Source: Thecamonas trahens ATCC 50062
Lineage: Eukaryota > Protista > Apusomonadida
DNA length: 64,000 nucleotides
Direction of reading: 5' to 3'
NCBI RefSeq assembly: GCF_000142905.1
Contig: NW_013657675.1
Span: 310,001 to 374,000 of the forward strand
Shown here: in pieces, positions 31,970-41,675 of the stretch
Numbering within the stretch: the first letter of the stretch is position 1
Layout: each line of letters opens with the position of its first letter
Made by a program: the position numbers and the translations under genes
Notes under the pieces: model-generated
The model's database searches: none
The model's input: only the letters and a program-made list of their open reading frames with translations
What the model was told of the DNA's origin: nothing

Positions 31970-33307
31970 CTACAGTATCACGGCCTCGATGGCATCGGGT
32001 GCAGCAAGTGCAGGTGGCGAGGTTGGCGAAGCTACCCGTGGAGTAGACGGGCCAGAGCCCGGGAGCCGGTTGACGGCTACCACCTCGACCGATTGGACGT
32101 AGTGCTCAAAAGCCAGGACAGCCTCCTCGAGATCGCTGACGCCGACAAAGTCACTGACAAACGTGGCAACGACGCGAAACTTGACGACCCCGTAGGCGAC
32201 CGGCTCAAACGAAGACATGCCCCATACCAGCGACGGCATGGCAATGAGCCGCACGGCGTTCTCCAGAAGGCCGAGATCAGTCTTGACCGTCCGCGGCTTG
32301 ATGTCGAGCACGCAGGTGAACCGCGCGTTTGGCTCGTAGTAGCTGGTGGTCGGCTCCGCCACAGGTGAGACCAGCCGGTCCACTGAAAAGTATGGCGTGT
32401 CAAACTCGAGCTCATCGTCGGTCACTACCTCCATCACACCGTCTGACGACGAGAGTTCGTTCGGTCGCGCACAGTACACATCGCCGGCGTCGTCATATCC
32501 GCCCAGTGATGCTGCTGCCTCATACCCGTCGTAGATGTGAGACGCTGACGCCGACGCCGATGCCGACGCCGACGCCGACGCCCATGACGACACCGTCCCA
32601 CCAGCTGAGAAGGTGCGCCGGTGCCGCAGTTTCTCGGTCTCGGCCTCGCTACGCCCGCCACTTGCACCGCCGGCCGGCGACGGCGCGGAGCTCGGCGGCG
32701 CATCAGGGGTGAACACTCGCCCGCTCGTCTCTGGCCGCGTGAACGAAGACCGCAGCTCAGCGTGGACAGAGTCAAAGACGTCCGAAGCCAACGAGCCGAG
32801 CGTCCGCCGCGCAAACTCGAGCTTGGCCCGCACCGACGTCCGCAGGAACGTGTTGACCGCCTCCTCGTTGCCACCGCCCTCGACATTGGCACCTAGACCT
32901 GAGCTAGAGCCGCCGGATCCACTCGCACTCGCACTTGCGCCTACAAGTGGCGCGCAGAGCCGCACCGGTTCGGAAATCGTGCGATGCAGCGGAGTCCTCT
33001 CCGTCCCGCCGCTGGGGCCGACCGGTGCGTCGTCGCCGAGCTCGCCGTCTCCGTTTGGCCAAAAGTATCGCCGCATCGGACTGATCAAGTTGGTGACCCG
33101 CTTGTACAGCGGCGAGGGCATTGAGTCTGAGCCTGACGCCGTGGTCGACGCCGTGAGCGCCGACGGCGAGCAGGGCTCTGCTGCCGCCGCTGCGGCGGCT
33201 GCCACTGCCCGTGCGTGCGGATCCGGCTCCGACTCGGTCCGTCGGTGCCGGCCTGGACTGAGTGGTACGGAACTGGTTGCAGCGGCCGGCGAGAACACTA
33301 CGGTCAT
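31970..33307 (-). CDS. Low-complexity region ending in an EF1B-type guanine-nucleotide exchange (EF1_GNE) domain; probably the 3' half of the upstream kinase gene
   Basis: VLDIKP...TDLGLLENAVRLIAMPSLVWG...PVAYGVVKF...VSDLEEAV...VQSVEVVAVNRL is the EF1-beta/delta C-terminal domain. Confidence 0.8.
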   Translation of the reverse strand: MTVVFSPAAATSSVPLSPGRHRRTESEPDPHARAVAAAAAAAAEPCSPSALTASTTASGSDSMPSPLYKRVTNLISPMRRYFWPNGDGELGDDAPVGPSGGTERTPLHRTISEPVRLCAPLVGASASASGSGGSSSGLGANVEGGGNEEAVNTFLRTSVRAKLEFARRTLGSLASDVFDSVHAELRSSFTRPETSGRVFTPDAPPSSAPSPAGGASGGRSEAETEKLRHRRTFSAGGTVSSWASASASASASASASHIYDGYEAAASLGGYDDAGDVYCARPNELSSSDGVMEVVTDDELEFDTPYFSVDRLVSPVAEPTTSYYEPNARFTCVLDIKPRTVKTDLGLLENAVRLIAMPSLVWGMSSFEPVAYGVVKFRVVATFVSDFVGVSDLEEAVLAFEHYVQSVEVVAVNRLPGSGPSTPRVASPTSPPALAAPDAIEAVIL

Positions 33308-33396
33308 GCCCGAGCTCTCGCCATCATCGCCTGAGAGCTCCGAGAGTGTGTCGTTGACACGGTAGGCCGACGGGAGTGGCGGGCCTGACGTCAGTG

Positions 33397-35118
33397 TCAG
33401 CGTCCCGCTGTCTCGACCGTCGAGTACAGCTGTGAGTCTCCCAGTGAGGACTCGTCCTCAGCAGACGAGGACGCGCCGGAAGAGCAAAGCGTGGCGGTGT
33501 GCGAGGTCGAGACCAGCGACCGCGGCGATGGAACCGAGACAGAGAACGAGATGGTCTCCGAGCGCGAGCCCGGTGACAGGCCAGAGCTACAAAAGGGAGC
33601 ACCATTGCCCTCGGTGTCGGCGTCAGCGTCGGCGTCGGCCACCCACAGCAGGTCGCCGGTCGAGGCCAGTCGCGGCGTTGTTCGCTTGCCAACCAGCGGC
33701 ACGGCGACATCAACGACAAAGGCCAGCGACTGGGCCTCGCGCGCCGTCGGCCGCGCTGACGGATCAAACATCAGGCACGCGTCTAGAAAGGCCTTGCATT
33801 CGGGCGAGATACCTGTAGGCAGCGGCGGGCTCTCGCAGTCCTCGCACACCCGCTTAAGAAGCAGAGCACGGTGGTGGAGATGGGCCCACGGCGGCATGCC
33901 CTGGATCATCTCGATGACCGTACAGCCGACCGACCACATGTCTGCCGACGTGAATGCGCCCTCCTGCTTGAGGATCTCGGGTGCCATCCAGTACGGCGTG
34001 CCCTTGAGCGACCGTGCGCCGTCTTCGGCCTCCTCCAGCAACTTGGACGCGCCAAAGTCGGCGAGCTTGACCACGCCGTCCTTATCGACCAGGATGTTGG
34101 CTCCCTTGATGTCGCGGTGCAGGATCGAGTGCGAGTGCAGGTACTCGAGGCCGATGAGGATCTGCTTGGTGTACTTGCGGACAAGCGGCTCCGCCAGCGA
34201 GCCAAACCGCGTGAGCAGCGCCTTGATCGAACCACCGGACATGTACTCCATAAGGATGTAGATGGCCGAGTCGGGCTGAGAGACCTCGGCACCCAGATAC
34301 CGCACAATGTGCGGGTTGCGCAGCCGGCGCATGATGTTGACCTCCTCGCGCAAGGCCTGCAGCCGCGCCAGCGCCCGCGAGTCGCACATTGAGTGCTCCA
34401 CCTTTTTCACAGCAACAATTCGTCCGTCATCGGTGAGCCCGAGATACACGGAGCCGAACGAGCCCTTGCCCAGCATCTTCGTGCCAATCTTCCACCCAAA
34501 GTTCGGGTTGAGCGGCACAATTGCGCGGCCGTCAGACTCGGACTCTTCGGGCAGCGTGCCGTGACTCACCATCGGCGCCGCACCCTCGCCCGAAGGCAGC
34601 GACCAGGTCTCTGACGAGACAATGCCTGGCGCGCTCGCAGGCTCGGGCACATCCACGCCCAGCATCTGGACGGAGCGGCGGGTGGCAATCGAGAGTGTCG
34701 ACGAAGCTGTCGCCTGCTGCGCTTCCTCTGCCGCCGCCGCCCACGCCCATGGCGATGGCGGCACCCGCGCCCCGAACCCCGCCGGGAGCTCCAGAACCAG
34801 GTTTAGGATCTTGGACAGCTCGCGCTGGGCGGCATCATGCAGCGCCGCATCGAGTGCCTCCTGTGACGAGAGCAGAATCAGATCGCCGTCGCCGTCATAA
34901 TACCGCACCCGCATCGGCGCCACTCCGTACTCGGTCACCAGCGCGGCGCCCAGCTCGGCCATGCCCAGCCGGCCACCGGCCACGAGCGGAAGTACCAGCC
35001 GTCGGATGTCATCTGCATCGGCCACAAAGCACTTGAACGTCACTGTAGCAGCCTCTGGCGAAGTTATACCACCCGTTATCTCTCCACTGTTCTTGCCTGC
35101 ACCAGCATCGGCCGCCAT
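33397..35118 (-). CDS. PB1-domain STE11/MEKK-family MAP kinase kinase kinase
   Basis: PB1: VTFKC...DIRR...YYDGDGDLILLSSQEALDAA. Kinase: LGKGSFGSVY, VAVK, HRDIKGANIL, LADFGASK, GTPYWMAPE. Confidence 0.93.
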   Translation of the reverse strand: MAADAGAGKNSGEITGGITSPEAATVTFKCFVADADDIRRLVLPLVAGGRLGMAELGAALVTEYGVAPMRVRYYDGDGDLILLSSQEALDAALHDAAQRELSKILNLVLELPAGFGARVPPSPWAWAAAAEEAQQATASSTLSIATRRSVQMLGVDVPEPASAPGIVSSETWSLPSGEGAAPMVSHGTLPEESESDGRAIVPLNPNFGWKIGTKMLGKGSFGSVYLGLTDDGRIVAVKKVEHSMCDSRALARLQALREEVNIMRRLRNPHIVRYLGAEVSQPDSAIYILMEYMSGGSIKALLTRFGSLAEPLVRKYTKQILIGLEYLHSHSILHRDIKGANILVDKDGVVKLADFGASKLLEEAEDGARSLKGTPYWMAPEILKQEGAFTSADMWSVGCTVIEMIQGMPPWAHLHHRALLLKRVCEDCESPPLPTGISPECKAFLDACLMFDPSARPTAREAQSLAFVVDVAVPLVGKRTTPRLASTGDLLWVADADADADTEGNGAPFCSSGLSPGSRSETISFSVSVPSPRSLVSTSHTATLCSSGASSSAEDESSLGDSQLYSTVETAGR

Positions 35119-35907
35119 GCTGCCGCGGCTTGCCAAGCTCGCCACCTCTGTCGCCTGCTTGTTGGTCTTCTTCTGCTTGGTCGCCTCTGCTTGGGGTCAC
35201 CAGGCCCAGGGCCTCACCAGCACGTCGTCCAACTTCCACACGACGTAACCGTGTAGGCGTGTGGGCGTGTGAGTGCACGTGTGGTTAGGTGTGAGTGTGG
35301 GGAGAGGTAAGGGGGAGGGGGGGAGGGCGAGGATAGGGGAAGGGGTGGGGGACGGGCTTGATCGGTGCGGTGGAGGCTGTGGCCGAAAGGGAAGGACGGG
35401 GGGGGGGGGGGGGGGGCTTGGAGTGGCTTGCCGTTCTGGGTGGAGGGATGATCGGGGCAGGGGAAGAGGGAGATCAGCTGAGTAAAGGGGGGGGGGGGGG
35501 GGGGGTGATATCGGTAGGGAATGGCTATGGGAGGCGCTGTCTTGGTGGTGGTGGTGGTGGTGGTAATGATGATGACCTCAGGGGGACTGTGAGCCGCCTA
35601 CAGCCAATTGCAGCAGCTTTACTGAGCAGTATCGCAGTCGTAGGTAAGGAGCAGCAGATCAGGGCCACCGACTCGCGTAAGGCAAGGCGCACATTTGATA
35701 CATATATATATATGTATATATCACATCCTTCCCCCCTTCCCCCTCCCTTCCCTTCCCAAACCTGCCATATCTACAGCCATCGCCATCGCACCGCTTTCTA
35801 CTGATATTGAGCACTTGGGCCTCTGCTCAGCCACAGCCACGGTCACGGGCACGACTTGGCCATGCCACACCACCTCTCGCCCCCTCCCCCTCCCCCCCCC
35901 TTCCCTC

Positions 35908-37293
35908 ATGGGCTGTGGGACATCCAAGGGCCGGGTGGTGGACGGGGCCAAGGGTGGCAGGGCCAAGGGTGCTACAGAGGGGAAGCGGGCACTGGTTGTA
36001 GGCTCGTATGCGTCGAGACCGGTCACTGTCGAGGTGCTGTACCTCCCATCGGCGGCGCAGGGAAGCGACTCGTCGCTGCGCAAGGTCTCGACTCGTATCA
36101 AGCTCAATCCGTCGACGTATCAGGTAATCTGGGACCCACGGGGCACAGAGGTTGTCTTCCTTGACGGAGCCGACAAGGTGTACTTTCCCATCTCGTCGGT
36201 TCTCCGCCGCCAGGGCGTCGTCTATCCGCTGGTCGAGCCTGTCGTCCTCCCCGGCAGCGAGGAAGCTGCCGCGCTGGTGGCTTGGGGCGATCCGCTTGAA
36301 GATGAGACTGGCGACGAGGCTTGCGACGGGTGGCGGGCCATGGGCTACACTGCATCGCCGGTCCGTCACCTCGCTTCCGTCGCCCATGCCCGCGGCACGC
36401 TCTTTGTAGACGCCTCTTTTCCACCTCCGGACGATGATGACGATGCCGGAGGTTGGGAGCGCCTCGGCGAGCTGGCGCATGCCTCAGGTGTGAGTACACT
36501 TGATCCCTCCATCGTCACTCTGGCCATGTGGGCCTCCATCGGGCCATCGCTCGCGTGGTTTAAGGCTACGCTCGCTGCTCGTGCTTGGCTGGCAGGAGAT
36601 GGCAACCCGCTGCCGGGCTTGGTAGAGCCGGTCGATGCGCGCGAAGCAGCGTACGGTGGCGTCACGGGTGTCCGCTACTGGGATCCGATCACAGCGTCGC
36701 AGCAGGTTAATGTCACCGACGACATTGTGCCAACCGCAGCCGACGCCTTTCCGTGGTCGTCCGACATGCCGCACCCAACCGCGTCGGGTGCCAATTTTGC
36801 CGGCGTGGCCGCCCTGTGGCTTGCGCTCAAGCACTTTGCCAAGGCGTTTGGCTCGTGGGACCTGCTTGCAGGGCCGGACACTCCGTTCTCGCTGGGCCAA
36901 TGCCTGGCTATGGCCATCGGGCCGGGCGTAGCCACGACGTCGCGGCTCTGGTCAGATTTGCTGGTGGCCCTGGCGACCGAGGTCACACCTTCAGTGGCAG
37001 TTCTTGTCTGCAGCGAGCTGCCTTCCAGTAGCCCTGCTGTTATTGTGGATGCGTTCTCTTTTGACAACTCGGACGCCGGCCGCTATGTCCGGCTCTTTAT
37101 TCCCGGGTGCGACACAAACGTGATTGCGCTCTGGCGTTGTGGCCTGGAACTGCCGCCGGAGATTGCCGCGGCGACCAAGACCCGAGATGCTGTACTCGCC
37201 GATGACCACCCGTCGTCGCTGGTGGCAAGCACTTTCTGGATTCCGTGGTCGCCGGTCGAGCACCGCGGCGCCTGGTTTTCATTTGTGTGGTAG
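35908..37293 (+). CDS. Predicted myristoylated/palmitoylated calpain-like protein with a degenerate, likely inactive CysPc domain
   Basis: MGCGTS N-terminus; LFVDASFPP...WER, GVRYW...VTDDIVP, LWLALKHFAKAFGSWDLLAG, YVRLFIPG, TFWIPW mirror calpain motifs. Confidence 0.6.
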   Translation: MGCGTSKGRVVDGAKGGRAKGATEGKRALVVGSYASRPVTVEVLYLPSAAQGSDSSLRKVSTRIKLNPSTYQVIWDPRGTEVVFLDGADKVYFPISSVLRRQGVVYPLVEPVVLPGSEEAAALVAWGDPLEDETGDEACDGWRAMGYTASPVRHLASVAHARGTLFVDASFPPPDDDDDAGGWERLGELAHASGVSTLDPSIVTLAMWASIGPSLAWFKATLAARAWLAGDGNPLPGLVEPVDAREAAYGGVTGVRYWDPITASQQVNVTDDIVPTAADAFPWSSDMPHPTASGANFAGVAALWLALKHFAKAFGSWDLLAGPDTPFSLGQCLAMAIGPGVATTSRLWSDLLVALATEVTPSVAVLVCSELPSSSPAVIVDAFSFDNSDAGRYVRLFIPGCDTNVIALWRCGLELPPEIAAATKTRDAVLADDHPSSLVASTFWIPWSPVEHRGAWFSFVW

Positions 37294-37301
37294 GCGTCTA
37301 T

Positions 37302-40300
37302 CTACCCGCCGATGACGGCCACCGCTGCATCGAGGACGGCCTGACACCTGTCGCCAAGTTGCTTGCGGAGCCAATGCTTGGCCTTTTGCGCGAGCAGTGC
37401 CCACTCGTCCTCGTCGTTGGCGAGTGTGGCGGCCAGGTGCGCAAGCACGAGCGCGGTGGCCCACGCATCGTCGCTGGCTCCGTCGGGCGCGCCGGTCCGG
37501 ACCGGCACGCCAAGCACCGACGCCAGCGCTTCGGTCGCAGGCCACGCGCCTGATGCCGACTGCAGCATGATAATTTTGTCCACCGGCCGCAGCGCAGCGT
37601 CGAGAATGAGACTAAACGCTTCGTCGCCAGCAGTGCTTCCGTCCTCGTCGTCGTCGCTGGAGAAGAGGCTGCCCCTTGAGGCGTGTGCAGCCATCGGTGC
37701 CGCGCCAAACAGCGAGCCGTCGGCGGTGCCCTCAGCCTCGAGCTCGGCCCACGCCGGCGAGGCCAGCGACTGCTCGCCAGATCCAGTGTAGTCGTAGCTA
37801 ACTGCCGCGCTGGTATCGAGCCCGAGCGCCTTGCTCCGGCGCGAGCTCTGGCGCGGGCTGGAGCTCCGCTTTTTCTCCGCCATTGCCGGCGGCCGCGCGC
37901 GGCTGCCCTTGGCGCGGGCGAGGACGCGGCCGCTGCCGCCACCCTGGCCGCCGCTACTGCCACGGCGCATCGGCGGTGGAGCTGCTCCTGCGTAGCCGGC
38001 GCTGCCACCCAAGCCACCGCCACTGCCACCACCACCGTACGCCATCGGTTGCGCCATGCCATACCCGGGAGCACTACCCATCGGCGCGCCACCTATCGGT
38101 GGCGGCGGGGCCATTGCTTGGAACATGGCGGCTCCAGGCGGGGGGGCAGGTGCTGCGCGCGGTGCCGGTGGAGGCGCTGCTGCCGCCGACGACGACGAAA
38201 ACACAGACCGGAGCGCAGAGAAGAACCCGTCGGAGCTGCGCGCAGCCGGCGGCGGCGGAGCGGCAACTTCGTTCAGCATGTTGTTCTGGTTGTGGAGCTC
38301 CTGGCCGATGGCGGACGATATCTCGTACTGCCGCTCTATCGCCTCTTCGATCGAGTCGAGCAGAGTGTCGGTGTCGGCATACGCGTCGCGTGAAATCGGC
38401 ATCGGTCCGGGTTCAGTAGGAAGAATGTCAGCCGAGACGGCGACACCGACGCTGTCCGGCAGGTCGCGGACGCCAGCCTCCGACGCAGCAGCGGCGGCTG
38501 ACGCAGCAGGGTCAAGGTCGACACGAGCAAGGTTGGTTCGGATAGCGGCACGGCGGGTCTCGGCGTCGCGCTTGTCGAGGGCGACAAACGAGGTGCACGA
38601 CGAGATGAGAGAGTACTTTGTGGCCAGATGGACGACGCGGTTGCGGGCAGCCTTGCCGGCCGGGCCGGGCTTGCCCACGTTTCGCTCGAGCTGCTTGATG
38701 AGGTTGCGGGCAGCGATGCGGTGGAGCAGGTCGCCCGGCACCACGTCCTCGGCGATGTTGAACTCGAGGGCGAGGTCGAACCCGCCCATGGGCGTGTCGC
38801 CGACAAGCGCCACCGTGTGGACGTTGTCGACGGCGCCCTCGGCGCGGTCGCCATCAACGAGGGCGAAGACGGTAAATGCCTGACCAGCGAAAATGGGCGG
38901 AAGGGCGGCCGGGCACTGAACAACTTTGTCAGCAAGACCGCCCCAGTCGATGCGTGCGTTGGTGATGGCCGGCTGCAGAGCGCGGCGGAGCTGGCGAGCG
39001 ACGACCGGCTCGATCCGCTCGCCAGAGACAACAAACTCGGCGTAGCCGCGGCCTGCGCGAGCCAGGCCCTTGACCAGGGTCCGGGACGCCTCTGCGCCGA
39101 TGCCAAAGGTGAAGACGCGGGTCTCGGACGCAGCGTTGCGCGCAAAGGTGAGGACTTCCGAAGTGTTGGGCACCTCGCCGTCGGTGAGGATGAGGAGCTG
39201 CCGCGGGACGCCGTCCTCGGGCTCGGACGCAAAAATGTCGCGGAGCGGCGGGAGAATGTCGGTCTGGTTGAGGTCGGCCTTCATGCCAGCCACCGCGGCA
39301 CGTGCGCGGGTGAGCGACCGGTCGTTGTACTCGACCGCCGAGGCAAAGAGCTTCTCGTAGCGCGAGCCAAACGAGACAATGTTGAACTTGGAGCCCATGG
39401 GGATGGAGCGGAGGAAGAGCTGCAGTGCGTTCTTGGCCTGGTTCATCCGCGAGCCGGCCATCGAGCCGGACCGGTCGACAAGGAAAATGAGCTCTGCGCG
39501 CTGGGCGCCGAGCTCGGCGGCGCTCGCGTCAAACAGATCGCCAGCCTCGGGCACAATGGTAAAGGCCAGGGCGTCGTCGCCAAGCAGACCCGAGGCCTGG
39601 CACTCGAGGCGCGGCTGGTTGGCGGCATCGAGGTGGAAGCGGACAACGAGCGGGGCACTGGCGACCTCGCCGCCGAGCGGGCGCTCAACCGTGACGTGCA
39701 CCCGCTCGTCTGACTCACGCTCGGTCCGCACGTCGTGGGTGAGCGAGACCACGTCGTGAATGGCTGACGGCATCGTGGCCGCCACCGTCACTGCCAGCCC
39801 GGGCGGAACCTCGGCGGTGGCGGCGTCGTCGGGCGCTGCGTCCGGCAAGCTGGCCGGATCCGCTAGCGGCAGCCGCGCCAGCGAGATGGGAAGGACAACG
39901 GCATCGCGCTCGAGCTCGAGCTCGATGACGTACCGGAGCCGGATGAGGACCGACTGGTGTGGGAGGACGTTGCCAATGGCAAGAACCAAGACCGACTCGT
40001 TGACGCCCTGCTCAAGGAGAAAGGCGCCATCGCCGGCGGCCACGGCGGCGGTATATGCTGCACGTGCAGCTTGCTTTTCCTGGACCACGCCTTCGATCTG
40101 CAAGTCGCCGACCTGAGCCTCGAACCCGCAGATGGCCACGTCGTCATTGCGGAAGACAAACGAGGCCTCCAGCGCGTCGTCCGAGTCGTTGACAAAGCGA
40201 AAGACGACATCAACATCGGCCGCCAGATCCAGGACCACCGCATGAACTGTGGCTCCGACTAGCGGCATCGCGCGGCGAGTTCCGGCGGCCACCAGTGCAC

Positions 40301-40665
40301 ACACCTCGTCGCCCACCAGCGGATCCTCGTCGGCCGGTCCGGTAGCGTTGACCGGCGGCGCAACCGGGACCGGCACCGTCTCGGGCTCGAGTCCGGCCTC
40401 AAAGTAGTTCGACAGCGCCATCTCCGCGTTCCACCCAGCCCGCGAGAGGAACTGCCTTGTGGTAGCCTCGGATGCGCCGGTTATGCCTGTCAAGGTTTGT
40501 GAGTACAAGAGGGAGAAAGAAGAAAAGGAAGTGTAAAAAAAACCCCCACATCATCAGTAGTTGCATGCACAGGTGCAGCAAGGGGGAAGCAGAGCAGGGG
40601 GGGGGTGTGGAGTGCAGGGGAAGCCTACCTTGGAACATGGCTACCTTTTCCTGTTGCGAAGACAT
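37302..40665 (-). CDS. VWA5A-like protein: UBA-like domain, VIT, vWA, Gly/Pro-rich tail; exons 40629-40665, 37302-40486
   Basis: MSSQQEKVAMFQ|GITGASEATTRQFLSRAGWNAEMALSNYF (UBA-like); FVNDSDDALEASFVF...AICGFEA (VIT); LIFLVDRSGSM, ILTDGEV, FTFGIG (vWA MIDAS). Confidence 0.9.
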
Positions 40666-40908
40666 AGCGTGCAGAATAAAAGAATAGAGTGTATGTGTGG
40701 GGAAGGTAGTCTTTGGTGGGGATTGGGTTGAGTCTATGGTGTGGGTGGGTGTGTAGGTGTGTAGGTGTGTGGGTGTGTAGGTGTGGGTGGGTTGGAATGA
40801 CCGAGTCTGTCAGTCAGTTGGTGAACAATGAGTTTTTGGCTTTGTGATGGATGAATAATGGTGTGTGGTCGTCGTCGTCACCGCTCGCTGGTTTTACTCT
40901 CCTCCACA

Positions 40909-41651
40909 ATGGAAGGTGGCGGTCATCGAATGGACGTTCTGTTGCAACTGCGTCGCTTTGTAGCGGAGAAGATTCGCAGGTAGGGTGCTAGCCATACTGG
41001 ATGGTGGTGGGGACGAGTAGAGGGGGGTGGGGGGAGGGTTGAATGGCATGGGAGGGAGGGGGACAGGAGGGGGGGGGGGGGAGGGCAGAGGGGACAGGGG
41101 GCAGAGGGTTGGGGGGGGGGCGCGGCAAAATGGCGCCAAACTCACATGCCGCCTCGACTCGGGCGACTGCTTCCAGGTTCGAGGAAGATCACCTTATGGG
41201 CGAGGAGAGCAGTTTGACGGCTGCACTTGTGGAGCATCATGCCAAGCTGGTGATGGACGAGGCCCGGGTCCAGTCGGCGATCCAGACGGCCATGCGCAGC
41301 GCGCTGCAGAACGGCCGCGAGGTGGTTGAGCTAGAGGCTAGGGAGGCAGTCAAGATGGCTGCGCCCGACGAGATTGTCGAGGTTGTCGAGGTCGGAGATG
41401 ATTCCGATGCCGATGCCGAGGAGGAGGGCAACGAGCTCGAGGCTTCCACGCTAGACAAGGAGGAAGAGGCGCTGCTGGGCGATCTGTTTGCCTCGTTTCT
41501 GCAGCGCAAGCGTACCAGCGAGTCACCGGCGTCGTCGGCTCGAGAGGTCCATCGGGTGCGGCGCAAGGTGCGGGCGCGATCGGCCCGGCTTGACGACACC
41601 TTTACGTCTCCGGCACGGCCGTACTTTGAAGTTCATCCCGACCAGGTGTGA
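40909..41651 (+). CDS. Hypothetical acidic protein; exons 40909-40979, 41177-41651
   Basis: ATG...CGCAG|GTAGGG donor, G-rich intron, ACTCAC branch and TTCCAG acceptor join in frame to the ORF ending 41651. Confidence 0.55.
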
Positions 41652-41675
41652 GGCGGGCCAACACGGCTTTATAGT

